Shown: one piece after another, positions 11,562 to 24,668 of the stretch
Numbering within the stretch: the stretch's first letter is position 1
Layout: the number at the start of each line of letters is the position of its first letter
Notes under the pieces: generated by a model
What the model saw: the letters and a program-made list of their open reading frames with translations, nothing else
What the model was told of the DNA's origin: nothing
The model's database searches: none
Source: Vicugna vicugna
Lineage: Eukaryota
DNA: 64,000 bases
Reading direction: 5' to 3'
Assembly: GCA_013265495.1 (NCBI GenBank)
Contig: MU057701.1
Coordinates: 620,001-684,000, forward strand
Translations under genes and position numbers: made by a program

Positions 11562-13916
11562 GTAAGTCCTAGCAGCTGGCCGCCACCTCCGGGCACCCTC
11601 CCCACGTAAGACCACTAGTGAGAGAGTCCGTGATTGTCAGGGATGAAAAGGTGACTTGGAAAGTCTTTACATCCACCCTCCAAAACTGCCAGTCTGGTTG
11701 CTTCCAAAAGCAGAATCCCCTGCGTTCTGCAAAATGGTCCTCAACTGCATTTTTGTCAGGCGGAGCTTTCGTCTTACTTCTCCCAACCCTTCCATGACAT
11801 GTTAAGATGAAATCTGTTCTTAAGTTGAGTAAAGGACTTTGTTGTTTCCCTTGGTTCCGTGTTGGCAGTAGGAAAGAGGTGGCTTTGCCTGTAAATTGTA
11901 GAGAAGCAAGTGCTGAAAATGGCCGCATGCCATTGGGGTCTTAACCCAGTAAGACTTCCACTTCCTGCCAAGTGACCACTCAGGTGTCCGCAAAGGGAAT
12001 TGACAAAACAGCAGTCACCTGTGACCAAAGTGGTATGCAGTACGCAGGTGGTTTCTGTTTCTCAAGAGGACCCATCCTTCCCCAGGTCGAGGTTGTCATC
12101 TCTCCTTTGGAAGGGTGAGGATTCGAGGATAACAAACCAGCACTAATCGGCACTAATGCCACTTCTGCTTTGAATACATTCTGTAATCTCTTGCTATTTT
12201 CCTATCGCTGACGGTATAACTGACTGTAGGGGCCTCTCTGATCTTCTCCCCATCGTACAGCCCCCTCCAGGCCACCTCCTTCCTTTTGCTTCTTTTCTGG
12301 GTCAGAATATTACTTGAAAGTAGCTGTCTGCGTCTGTGAACCCGAGTATGACCACTCTGGTCTTTGCTATTGTCTCCATGAATACTCTTTACCACCATCT
12401 CTGGCCTCTCCTCTTGGCCCATTTGTGGTTATCCGGGAAGCGCTTCCAACATAATAGCTGGACCGTGCCCCCAGTGTATGCATTGACACTTGTGAATATT
12501 GCTCCATTCTCAGTGCCTTGAACACGGCGAGATGTATCTGAAAGGAGCCATATTTGGATTCCTCCGTTCTTGCATGACCTCCACCCTCCGACAGGCTGAA
12601 GGGAGGGTTTGTGTTCTGTCCATACACTAGAGTGTGTGGAAGTCTTTCAGGCCAATATCCTGACACTAAATGCCTTGGGCTGATTAAACCAACACGTTTT
12701 AATCTGCCCAGGAATGCAGTCCCAGGAAATTCCTGAGTCACGATGAAATGCAAATGAGATTGATCCTGTTCATCTATTAGTAGCTGTGAATTCCCAGGAT
12801 TTGGAACCAGTTCAGCCTGCAGCCAGCTGTTGATCTGCAGGAGTAACTAAGCTCTGGATCTAGCCTGAGGATGGTTTCCTTACAGAGAGTTTTCTCAACA
12901 TGCTGCTTTGGCATTTGTAGTGCGAAGGGTGTAAATCAAATATTGAGCAACGATCACCTCTGTTGAGCAAAGAGAATTGAGGGAGATGCAAGAAAATAGA
13001 TTCAAACCTCCAGAAAATTTCATTTCTCGGCAGATGATTGCGTTTTCCCAAGTGACTGTCTGGGGAATGTTCCCTATGTACCAAATTGAAGAAATTAGAA
13101 AACTTTAAAACTTTTCCTGAAACAGAACAAGAAGTGTCCGGCTGTCTCTGTCATGTCTTTTTTCTCCAGCAAAATATATGATATTTATCTTAAAGGAGAA
13201 CAATAAACATTAGTAAGAGGGAAATTTGTTATAAACAGAATATCTGGACCTCCAGGAATAATAACTAAAATGATTAATATAGACCCTCCCCCAACCTGGC
13301 ATGACAAACACAAGATGAAATATAACAATATAAAGCTGAGTTCAAAACAAAGAAAGGGGAATCCTCAGGTACTAGAGATAAAGAGGAGGCTCTAACCGGA
13401 GTAGGAAGCAGATGAGCTAACAACACTGAGGAAGCTGGGAGGTGTCAGAACTGGGTGTGAGCCCTGACATCTAGGGGTGGGGGGTGTCATGCCCATAAGG
13501 GGACAGGAAATGTGGCATCGGCACATGTAAATGAGGAGTTGGGACTGAGAATCGAGCAAAAAAAAAGTCATTTTTGACAGTCAAGGAGTAAGTTACTACT
13601 CAGAGACGCACATTGGAAGAACTACTGAAGAGTGTACTTAACGTAGAAGGAAACTGAAGCCAAGGAGAAAGAGGGGTCCCATCTAGAAGAAGTAATAAAC
13701 AAAGAAGTTGGTAAACATCTGGGCAAATTCGAATGAGCATAGAATGTTTCCAAAATATGAATAATGAGTATTCAGAGGTATATTCATGGAATTTAAATAA
13801 CAGATGACAATAACAGAAGATGAGAGGATAGTAAGTATAGAAAAGAAAAAAGAAGTGCTCTAAGTTACTCATATTATTTGGAAAAAGGAAAGAGATGTTT
13901 ATTCATTTAAAAGAGA

Positions 13917-14042
13917 TTTGTTTTGGTGGGGAGGTAATTAGGTTTATTTATTCTTTTTTTTTTAGTGGAGGTACTAGGGATTGAGCCCAGGACCTCATGC
14001 ATGCTAGGCATGCACTCTATCACTAAGCTATACCCTGCCCCC
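13917..14042 (-). mobile_element. tRNA-derived SINE, vic-1-like (camelid)
   Basis: Reverse complement reads ggggcagggtatagcttagtgatagagtgcatgcctagcatgcatgaggtcctgggctcaatccctagtacctcca plus an A-rich tail, with A/B box remnants. Flanked by a tcattt(t)aaaa TSD-like repeat. Confidence 0.85.
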
Positions 14043-14049
14043 TCATTTT

Positions 14050-15300
14050 AAAAAATTTTAAGGAAAATGTGCATATTCAAAATGTAAAGATAACCTCTAA
14101 AGGAAGAGGAAAACAATATGTAACTTCCAAGAGAAAACTTGACCAATCCAATAGAAGGCAGAGGAAGAACAAAGGGAAGTCTCCAAAAAGCATGGTAAAT
14201 AGAAAGCATTCATTTGTTTGTCAGATAAATCAAAACGTATCAGTGGTCACAATAAAGGTATGTGTATTAAATCCTAAACCTGAACCTCGCTCAACAAATA
14301 TATCAGAACACTGACAAAATCACAAGTGACCTGAAGTTATAATGGGAGATTTTAACCCATTTACTAAACTAGCAGGTCAAAGTAGACAAATAATTTAGCA
14401 AACATAGGGAAAATGTAAAATGACAGAATACCAAGCTTGATCAGTGGGCGTCAATAGACCTGGGAACCAACATGCCTTTCAAACATACATGAAAGTATAT
14501 AAAAGCTGACTACAAAGGAGGCCAGAAATCAATCTCAACAAATACTAATAGCATATGGATCCTGTTGGCTGATTACAAAGCATGACAATAAGAAATTGAT
14601 AAGAACAACAAACTCCCTCATCATTTAAAAATGTAAAAATTTCTAAATACGTCTAAGTGTTCATGGGTTGAAAGTGTCAGATACGTTCCCAGCCACCTTT
14701 GTAACTAGGGATGGCATGTGACCCAGTTCCAGCCAATAAGACATGAGATTTTCCTCTCTGAGAAAATGGAAAGATGTTCAAGAGAGGCATGATCTGCTTC
14801 TAAGAAGGGAGAGGAAATGCATGACAACTGCTGGGAAAGCAACTAATAGTGCCTACCACATGAATCTTGACAACCAAACTGAACAATAACTGCGCAAAAA
14901 GGGAACTTACAGACCAATCTCAGTTAAGACCTTCGGGATGAAAATCATATATGAAACTTTAGCAAATCAAATACCTGAGTATAATGACCAACAACAACAG
15001 CAACAAAAGCAATAATAATTCATGACTGATCAGATTTACCCTGACTGTTAACATCAATAGGAGAGTTTGACAAGATTGCTGGGTATAAAATTCATAACAC
15101 AAAAATCAGTAGCACTATTACACAGCAGGAACAGCAAGTGGAAAAATCACTTTTATAAGAGAAAAAGAAACTTAAAGCTGCCCAGTAAAAAATATACAAG
15201 ATACACAAAGTCTTTTTGGAGAGAAATATATTTCATTGGAGGATGTTTTAAAAATCCTAGACAAATGGGAATATTCATGGATGGGGAATTTTTACATAAA
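14050..15300 (+). mobile_element. Highly decayed ancient L1 (L1M) fragments
   Basis: A-rich, with L1 ORF2-like remnants such as ataatgggagattttaac, tacagaccaatctca and caaaaatcagtagca. Boundaries approximate. Confidence 0.5.
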
Positions 15301-16029
15301 AGTAAACTACTTGGTAGTCACAAACTAGAGTTGACCCACCTCAGGTAAACCCATGTCCTGCATGTGCAGGGCATGGAACTACCACGTTGGTGAGGCTGCT
15401 TTGTAATTTGTTACATGAGTGTTCAAATTGTCCTGGTATTGGAGGGAACCTCTTAATGTTTCTTGTATTCTGATCAAAGTAGGGGTCTAGGCCAACTGAT
15501 TGCAGCATTTGTAAGTCCATCTGTCCATCTGATGAGTGGTGTCAGGGAGGAAGAGCTTTTCCTCAACCCCATGTAGTATTGGTAATTGGGGGCCTGTGCA
15601 TTAAACTGAAACTGACAGATTAACAGGAGAAAAGACAAGTTTTTATTCATGTATATAGGCGAGAGCATCCAGAAAATTGTGACTCAAATGGATGGTTGCT
15701 ATTTGGGGCTTATATACCATTTTAATAGGGGAGGGAGAGAAAAGGCACTTATGGGAAAACAAATGTCTTTTATGAAAAATAAGTGAGGCCTTAGGAGAAT
15801 GGATGGGAGATAAGATAATTTTATGACAATGTCTGTTTAGGTGATTTCTTATCCTGGTGCTTACTTCTTATTTCTGGTGATAGGAGTCAGTTTTCTCTGA
15901 TTCTGGAACTCCTGGAAAGGAGATTTATGACAATTAAGTTATTTTGGGAGGTTCTGTTTTTGTGCAGATAAGAGGAGTTCAGAAAAAGTGTCTTCCTGCA
16001 ATTGTTGATTCTCAAGTCTTCAGCTCAAA

Positions 16030-17116
16030 CTATAAACAAAACAAAAAGACAACCTACAGAATGGGAGAAAATATTTGGCAAATGATACAACTGACAAGGG
16101 CTTAATTTCCAGAATACACAAACAACTGATACAACTCAATAACAAAAAACAAACAACCCAATCCAAAAATGGGCAGAAGACCTAAAGAAACAATTCTCCA
16201 ATGAAGACATACAAATGGCCAATATAGGCACATGAAAAAATGTTCAAGTGCTAATTATCAGAGAAATGCAAATCAAAACTACAAGGAGGTATCACCTCAC
16301 ACCAGTCAGAATGGCCATCATTCAAAAGTCCACAAACAATAAAGACTGGAGAGGCTGTGGAGTAAAGGGGACCCTCCTATGCTGTTGGTGGGAATGTAGT
16401 TTCGTGCAGCCATTATGGAAAACAGTGTGGCGATTCCTTAAAAAACTAAAAATATACTTACCATATGATCCAACAATCCCACTCCTGGGTATTATCTGGA
16501 GGAAGCTAATTCAAAAAGATACACGCACCCCAATGTTCATAGCAGCACTATTTACAATATCCATGACGTGGAAACAACCTAAATGTCCATCAGCAGATGA
16601 CTGGATAAAGAAGCTGTGGGTGGGGGTGTGTGTGTGTGTGTGTGTGTGTGTACAAATACTACTCAGCCATAAAAAAGAATAAAATAATGCCATTTGCATA
16701 AACATGGGTGGAGATTGTCATACTAAGTGAAGCCAGAAAGAGAAAGCAAAATACCATAAGATGTCACTTACACATGGAATCTAAAAAAAAAATGACACAA
16801 ATGAACTTACTTACAAAATAGAGACAGACTCAGACATAGAAAACAAACTTATAGTTACCAGGGAGGGCAACAAGGGGTAGAGGATAAATTGAGAGTTCAG
16901 GATTTGCAGATACTAACTACTATATATAAAATAGATAAACAACAAGGACCTACTGTATAGCACAGGGAACTATATTCAGTATCTTGTAATAACCTATAAT
17001 GAAAAAGATTATGAAAAGGAATATATATATACATGTATAACTGAAACATTATGCTGTACACCAGAAACTAACACAACATTGTAAACTGATTATACTTCAA
17101 TAAAAAAATTTTTTTT
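16030..17116 (+). mobile_element. 5'-truncated L1 (ORF2 C-terminus + 3' UTR) with a 16-bp TSD
   Basis: ORF 16248-16682 reads [24 protein letters not shown]...CWWEC...[26 protein letters not shown], the L1 ORF2p Cys-rich end. TSD aagtcttcagctcaaa at 16014-16029 and 17117-17132. AATAAA at 17099-17104. Confidence 0.95.
16626..16651. repeat. (GT)13 microsatellite inside the L1
   Basis: Read directly from the sequence. Confidence 0.95.
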
Positions 17117-17717
17117 AAGTCTTCAGCTCAAAATATCCTTATTGCACTGTGATGGACCTCTTCCCTGATGATAGGGGAGTGGGTCCTATGAGTTGGACTG
17201 GCAGTAGCTAAGATATTCCAGTGCCCACTTAATAACTTACCTGGAGATATGTCAGTGTCCTATGGATCGAATTCACGAGCTGGCAAAATAAGTGGATTCT
17301 CTTCCTTACATCAGTCTGTGTGGGAAGACAAATCATACTCAGAAACAGCTTTATTGATTTATTACCCAAAGCAACTTTTAGAGGCACTGGAAATACTCAG
17401 TGCCTGTGTCATCAGGGCCTCCACTCTGAGTCTGTTTTGAGCAGAAAGGGCATTTCTTGGAAAGATGTTAGCAGCCCACAGAATTATCTGGAGGCCTGAG
17501 AATGGACAGCTATCTGGGCAGCTCCAAGGGGCCAAGAGCAGCAATGATGACACCATCTTTAAGTCGAACCAGATCTTGTCATTCTGCCGTCACCATGGCT
17601 GCTGTGGGCAGGTTGGCCTGAATTGTCCTCTATTTTCTTTCTATCACTTGTTCCAAAATCCCAAACATAAGCATCCATTGAGTTCCCAGCCCAAACCAGG
17701 CTACCAGTGGGTGGGGA

Positions 17718-17998
17718 GAGGAACTTCCAGACTTTTCCAAAGTGGCTGCACCGTTTTGCACTCCCTCCAGCAATGTATGAGGATTCCAATTACTCTACGT
17801 GATCACGGGCACTTGTTAACGTCTGTCTTTTTTATTACAGCCGTCCTAGTGAGTGTGAAGTGGTATCTTGCTTGGGTTTTGATTGGCATTTCCCTAATGA
17901 CTAATGATATTGAGCATTTTTTTCATGTGCTCATTGGCCATTTGCATGTCTTCTTTGCAGACATGTCCATTGAAATCCTTTGGCCATTTTTAAATTGA
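17718..17998 (-). mobile_element. Old L1 ORF2 3' fragment
   Basis: ttttccaaagtggctgcaccgttttgcactccctccagcaatgtatgagg...ggcatttccctaatgactaatgatattgagcattttttcatgtg. Confidence 0.85.
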
Positions 17999-19049
17999 GT
18001 ATAATGTCTTTTTCAAATGCCATTTATCCTTTTAGTTCTTGCCTCTTACCTCCCAGGATTGCGGTGTTGCTCCATTCTCTGGCCCTTCCTGCAGCGTCTG
18101 ATAGATACGCTCTTGGGTGCAGTGCATTTGGGTGGCTGCCCAATGCCCTTAGAACATTACATTAGCAATAATACATCAGTGCATCTGGTGGTTGTCCTTG
18201 AGCCTTTGATCCAGTTCAGTTAACCAAATAAGTGGTATTTCTTGGCTTGTCTTCAAAAATCCTGGTTTCAACTGGCATCCAGGGAAAGGAGGCAAGATAC
18301 TAATCAAACTCTGAAATAGTGATTCTAAATAAAACCTGTCCTCCAGAATCGTATGAGGGTAGGGCTCTCCTTTTGTCCCCTTTCATTTTTACTTCGTCTA
18401 CAGCATCTCTCCAATCCCTTCCCACTAAAGCCCACGAGGGGAGAGAATCGGGGGTGGGGGCAGAGGGGCACTGGAGAAAAGACGGAACCTATTTTTAGGC
18501 TTGTTTATCAGTCATGAAGTGTCGTGTTCTTCCCCCACTACCGCTGCTGGATTAATTAGGCTGTGCTGGCAGCTGCCAGTCAGGGAGGGTTGCCAGCTTC
18601 TAATGGTGATTCCGCCTAATGCCTGAATCAATGTGCGTGGTGAGAACGTTTCTCCCACTCCCTGGCTCTTGCCTTCCAAGGCCACCTCTCCTGGCCTCTA
18701 ACTGCTCTGGGTAGGAGAAGGTACAGCTCCCCTAAGCCATGAATCCTGTTTAACTGGACAAGCAAAGCTGCCAGCTGGTTACTTTACCTGCCAGCTCATT
18801 GGCAGAGCCTCGTTGCTGTGGCTTGGGTCTTTCTTTCACATGTCCTCTTCCGGTGCTCCCAGATCTTCCCCAAAGTAAGAGCTCAGTGCCCAGAGCTTGC
18901 CAGGCAGTGGGAAAGCCCACTGCCCTGGTGACAGGTCATAGAGGAAATGCTGGAGCCAGAGATTCTGACCTAAGTGCTTATTTTCGTGCTATTTTGAAAG
19001 AATCTTCATGGTCGTTATTGACTTCTAAATATCCAGAGATGATCTTCCT

Positions 19050-19170
19050 TCATTCCGAAAATATTTATTGAGCACCTGCTGAGTGCCAGGCATCGTTCTA
19101 GGCGCTGGCTGGCTGTGCCACAGTGAACAGGACAAAGGCCCCTGCCCTGGTGGGACCTGCAGTCTAGTTA
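19050..19170 (-). mobile_element. L2 3' end fragment
   Basis: aaatatttattgagcacctgctgagtgccaggcatcgttctaggcgctgg...ccctgccct. Confidence 0.7.
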
Positions 19171-20581
19171 TGAGTGACAGTACACAATAGCCATATATAA
19201 GGACATGGTATATTTTAGAATATTTAGTCATATATTCTATATAAATATATATTCAATATGTGTATATTGAATATAATATTAAATCAATTATTTAGTAGTA
19301 TTTTTAATATATACTGGTAAAAATAGAGCAGGTGAGGGCCTTCTTCCCGACATACCTTTCAGTCCATGCTATTCTACTTGGTCCCCAACTCAATCCTTAA
19401 GAACATGCCAGGGGTTCTCATGCTGCCAGGCCCCCTGGCTTCTGCCCCCTTAACTACTCCCACAAGAAAAAATCATAGAAACAGAACATGAGGCCTGGCT
19501 GGAATCTGAGAGAGCATCCAGTCAAGCAGTTTCCACCTTGATTCTGCCTCGCTCCTGACTGACGGTGCTGACACACGTGGCTGGCTCCCCTGGGTTCTCC
19601 CCAGCATACCTGCCACGTCACCCTAACACTGTCCACGCGGAGCCTTCTATGAACCGGCACGAGGCAGGCCTCTTTCCCCGGAATCTCAGCATAAACTGCC
19701 CTTTTATAGGAAGAGCAGTGGCAGTGTCCAAGTTCAAGGAACTCCCTGTGGGCGATGTCTTTCACAGGTGATGGCTGTAGTCCGGAAGCTCTGATCATCT
19801 CTTTGCTGCAATACAAAGAATTACATTAAGATCAGAACGAAAAGACCAGCCAGAACAGCCATTAAGAAGAGTAAATAAATAAATCCCAGCAGCGGAGAAG
19901 AAATTTAAGAAACCTCAGAAATCACTGTACACAAACAGGATAGGAACAACTGATTATTATCAAATAATTGCCAAATGCCAGATTTGGGCACAAAGAAGAA
20001 ACGAAAGTTCAAAATATCCCTCTTGGACCAGTAGGAAATGAAGGTACGAAGGTAGCATAGTCCTTTTAAGAATCATTTGAATGAGCTGCAGTTCTTTGAG
20101 CCTAACCTTAACACAGACTGGCCTGGTTTCAGGTGTGCAGTACAGGAGAAATAACAATATTATTTTGTGAACTGGGAAGGGCTTTCTACTGAGAATGTTT
20201 AAGTCCAAAAGTGTCTAGTTAAGACCATCATAATTCTGACCCCTGTGGAGAAAATGAAATTAGACTCCATTTAGACCAAATTTGGCCTGATGCCATTCAA
20301 GACCTCCTGGAGCCAAAAAATATTCCCAAATGAGCATGAACTGCAACGTGAGATTAGATATCCTGGAGAATTTGGTGATAATCTGGATTATAAAGCGTCA
20401 GAGGGAGGGATGGTTTAGATTTCAGTTCCAGAAACTCTTTATGAAGTTGATAAACGTTCTTAACCTGAGGCCAGTTTCGTTTATGCCTGCCGGTGGGGCC
20501 TTCTTGTGATCCCTGTGATTTAGGGAAACCTGGGGAATGTCGGAGAGGGTTGCGGTGATTACATCCACCTATGTCCAGGGC

Positions 20582-20838
20582 CAGGATTCTCAGCCTCGGT
20601 GCCGTTAAGATCTGCGTCCAGATAATTCTCTCTGAGATGGGAGGGGGATGGGAGGAGCCTGTCCTGAGCTTTGTAGGATGTTGAGTAACAGCCTGGCCTC
20701 TTACCACTAGATGCCAGCAGCATCTCCTCCCACCTCCCGCCCCCAGTCAGGACAGCCGAAAATGTCTCCAGGCTTTGCCAAATGTCCCCTGGGGGGAAGA
20801 AGTTCCATAACCCTTTTCCATTGAAATGAGAACCACTG
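20582..20838. mobile_element. MER20 hAT MITE
   Basis: ttctcagcctcgg...gtaggatgttgagtaacagcctggcctcttaccactagatgccagcagca...aaaatgtctccagg..ttgccaaatgtcccctgggggg...gagaaccactg. Confidence 0.85.
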
Positions 20839-22980
20839 CTATAGGGTGACCAACTGTTCCATTTTGCCTAGGACCCAGGAATTTTGTACCCTGGGGAGAT
20901 GGGCTACTGGGGAGTCTGGTCCTGGCCAGTGGACCAGGAAGACATGCTTCAAATTGTGCCACGTCTCCAGAAGAGATTCTTGTTTGATGCCTGGTAGTGA
21001 GTTTGAGTGACAGGCTTCTCCTTGGAATTGTAGGCTGTGTGACAGTCTACATCGTGGGAGTGACAGCAGCAGTGGGGACTAATTTAATTCCATATTCCTT
21101 TGCTGCCCTGATAAACCATTTCTGCAGGGAAAATTTTTTACAGTTTACTTTCTCAGACAAAAACGATTTGAATAATGATGTGCTCTGGGGAAGTCGGGGG
21201 CTAAGAGAAGGTCTGTAGTGGGCTTAAAAATATTTAAATAGCATATCATGGAACTCGTTCCAACGCCTCCTGCACCTGGTGTGGTAAATGGCTTATACCA
21301 GAAAGGCCTCCTTCCTGGACTATTTAGAAGAGGCACGTAAAATCGTATCAGCCATCTTGGCTAAATGTACGTTTTAGGGCATCTCATTGGAAAAGGTGAT
21401 TGATCATAGTGCTGTGTATCCTGCATATGTTGGTGGATGAAACAGCTAAAATAGAGATGCTAGAGGCTGGCATCCTGACCATTTACATATAGGACAAGTC
21501 TCAACATGAATGGAAATTTGCCAGTGTTTGTCATCTTCCTTCCAGAAAAATGATTGCTGCTCAGGTATGGTTCTACTGGGAGGCTTTTTAAATGATGGAG
21601 GAAAGAATGAGTTAGGAAGGGAGGGGGACTCGGGCGCCAACATGCTATGTGTGAGGAGCTAGGGAATCCGGGGAGGGGTGGGGTGTACATGGAACATCTC
21701 CCCCCAAGAGGAAAGTGGAGAAAGGGCTCTAATGCTTATGGGGAGACAGAAGTACTTTGTCTAAGCTAAACAACGCCTCACTTACTTTGGGGAGATTCTC
21801 CAATCCCGTTTCAGTTCATTAAAAGCATAGGGAAGCCTGTGAGTAGAATCCACATCTTCCTGTATTACCGACTGGCTTACTGCCCTGGGGCGTGGGCACA
21901 AATGGGAGGGAACCCGGGGGACGTGGTGCTCGTGACCACTTCCCGCAAGCCAGCCTGATGCGATTTTCCCACTCGATGGCGACCCCAGTTGCCCTCCAAC
22001 TTCAGGGACTGACAGAATAAATCCTAGGCGAAAGCTATAAAAACCCCCGTCAGGAAGCAGCCCCTTCCTTCTGAGCAGTGTGAGGGGAAGGTAAATGAGC
22101 AGTTACTGCAGAGAGGATTTTATAGGAGTGAGACAGTCTGCATTAGAGCAGCAAGAAGAATTGTTATGTGAATTCTAAAACCGCTCCACCCGCCCCTCAC
22201 AGCCCACCTGAGAGCAGTGGCCTTCCTCTGACACTCACGGCCCCCCAGGCGGGGCTCTGAGTTTCCCCACTTGTTTCAGCCCTGCTAAACGGCCCAGAGC
22301 TTTCACTGGGTTAGGTCTGGCCAGCCTTTGAAAATACATATTTGTCTTTTAAAAAGCAGGGCCTGGAGACTGTCAGAAATAAGAGAAACAATTTGAGAAG
22401 ACATACAAGGTAACACAGTATTTTAACAGCTCTGGATGTCATTTTAAATTCCATGTCCAAGAGGGGTTGAGGATTTGGGGTTCTTTTAGCTTGACATCCC
22501 CCTCTCTCCTGGCTCTAACAGCTTGGAATTCACAACTGCTTCTCGATGCTCTTTATTGCCAATATGCAGCCCCCAGGAGCTGGGAGTCTGCGTCACCTCT
22601 CTGGGTCTGATGTACTGCTAGACATCAGTGACCTAGACACTTGACTGTAGGCACCAGAATAGGAAACAAACAAAATGATAGTGTCTAGAAAGACAGAAAA
22701 CCCCAGGATAGAGTGTAGGGGGGAAGTAAAATCATGCAGACATATTTAAGGGATATATAATGCTCTGTATTGAAATACACTATTGAAGGGATTCTCTGGG
22801 CCTGCATTATGCTGTAGTTTGCCTCAGAAGGAAGCAGAGCAAAACAAAGCAAAGCAAAACTGGATCAGTCCTTGGTTCAGCAAAGGTCTTGGGACCTGCA
22901 CCCTTGGGTTTTCCTGGTTTTGAGGATGTTTTCTGCAAATGGCTGCCTGGATCCCCGCTTCAGAAGAACGGCTCTGTCAC

Positions 22981-23415
22981 TGCATTAATTCCCTGGGGCT
23001 GCAGCGACAAAGTGTTGTGAACTGGATGGCTTAAGACAACACACATTTATCCTCTCACAGGATAAAGGCCAGAAGTCTGAAATCAAGTTGGTTCCTCCTG
23101 GGGGAAAAATCTGTTCTGTGCCTCTCGCCTACCTTCTAGTGTCCATGGCAACCCTACATGTTCCTTGGCTCTAATCTCTGCCTCCATCTTCACATGGCCA
23201 TCTCCTCTCTATATGAATTTGTGTCTCCAGTCCCTCTCTCCTTTCTCTTATAAGAATACCAGTCACTGGTGTTGGGGCCCACCATTAGGGTGATTGCATC
23301 TTGAGATCCTTAATTATATCTGCACAAACTTTAGTTTCAAATAAGTTTTCATTCACAGGTACTGGGGATAACATGTGGATATGTCTTTAGGGAAGACACA
23401 AGTCAACTGACTATA
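22981..23415 (-). mobile_element. MLT1 (MaLR) solo LTR
   Basis: MLT1-type body (ggccagaagtctgaaatcaag, tctctgcctccatcttcacatggcc). Near-perfect 5-bp TSD gtcac/gtcat. Confidence 0.8.
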
Positions 23416-23962
23416 GTCATCAAGGGGCTAGATTTTATTCCTCTTCATGTCTCTGAAGTTGCTGCTCTCTGTTGCTTTAGTCTATTTTCAAAACATCACT
23501 CAGATGGATTGTTAAACTGGTGCCTGATTCTGACGTTTGCCTCTGTCCCACCATATTTGGCCTCGAACATCCCCTCATCACCACTTCCACCATATCACTC
23601 CTAGGAGACAAAGGCCAGGCTGGCCAAACCCTCTAGACATGGCACCTCCCAAGCACTGAATTCTCATGTCCTTGTAAATCAAATCAAAAGAGGACAGGCC
23701 TATAGTTCTATGAGGTCCCCTAAACCAGGCTAGAACCTTCTGCCTTCACACATTTGAAGAGCACACAAATATGAGCTGAGGACGATTTAACTACGGTGAA
23801 GAACAGGAAGATGGGGAAGGGGTAGCTGCGGAGACAAGAGCAGAGACAGAACTTCCCTGATTTTCTAGCGGTCAATTTCTCCAGAAAGATAGGGTAGCAA
23901 AGTGAGGCCATGTGGCCAGACTCTAATTACCTTTTTTTCTTTCTTTCTTTCTTTCCTCTTAG

Positions 23963-24051
23963 CAAACTGCCTAGTTGGGCTAGAGCTGTTGTCCCCAAAA
24001 TATTTTACGTTACAGAGAAGGCATGGAACTATTATCCCTACACAATTACAG
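23963..24051 (+). CDS. PITPNC1: PITPNC1 coding exon (probably exon 3), 89 nt, phase 2 in / phase 1 out
   Basis: Translates (S)KLPSWARAVVPKIFYVTEKAWNYYPYTIT(E). Long pyrimidine tract plus ttag acceptor, branch-like CTAAT at 23923-23927, donor AG|gtaagt. Phase matches the previous exon (AG+C = Ser). Confidence 0.97.
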
Positions 24052-24668
24052 GTAAGTCCTTTGGACACCCAGGATGTCACATGTGTACATGCAAGGACAT
24101 AGCAGGATTCAGACTGGATTATCCAGGCAGGGACTTGGGGGAGCCCTGTAATATCTCCCTGACCCTTTGCCTTCATACTTCTTAGGTCAGCACTCTTCCT
24201 AGCAGGAGGTGGTGGGGGGGAAGCTAAACCATTCATTCCATCTTCCTTCTTAAACTGATCGTAGTAAATAGCACATGGAAGAAGGAAAGGAGGCTCTATT
24301 CAGTGACATTTCTGTAAGTTCCATTATCTTTATTTCTCCGTTTTCTCAGTAATCCCCAAATGATTCTGAAGTCTAGTTTGTTTATACACAGGTTGGTTTT
24401 TTTGTTTTGACTTGTTTGCTTTAGAACCTACCCCGCTTCACCCCAGCAAAATAAAGCTTGACTATAATTTACTATCAAAGGTTCTGTTGGGTCTCTCTCT
24501 TCCAAACTACTTCCTCTGCAGTTGGATAATATGAAATTCTTTGTCACTGTCCTTCTCACTTGTAGTGGAGTGATAGCAGCACTCTGTGCTGACACTGAAC
24601 TAGAAACCATGGGCAAAAAATTTAGAAGGTTTGTTTCCTGCCCTCGAACACACGAAAATTCAAGATCC

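Larger units (their letters stand above)
15540..17170 (-). mobile_element. ERV LTR relic interrupted by a younger L1
   Basis: Starts tgtcaggga and ends near tccctga (short terminal inverted match). Contains gacagattaacaggagaaaa and cttcagctcaaaata motifs typical of ERV1-type LTRs in reverse. Confidence 0.55.

Noticed and set aside
16248..16682. 144-aa ORF with strong L1 ORF2p similarity
   Set aside because: A 5'-truncated, disrupted retrocopy with no promoter, endonuclease or RT core; not a host gene.
21662..21683. G-quadruplex-like run gggaatccggggaggggtgggg (another at ~1265-1281)
   Set aside because: Such motifs are common in mammalian introns and have no supporting context here.
11558..24060. 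Identical 13-nt context ACAGGTAAGTCCT at the exon 2 and exon 3 donors
   Set aside because: Most of it is the U1 consensus; the extra matching bases are plausibly chance.
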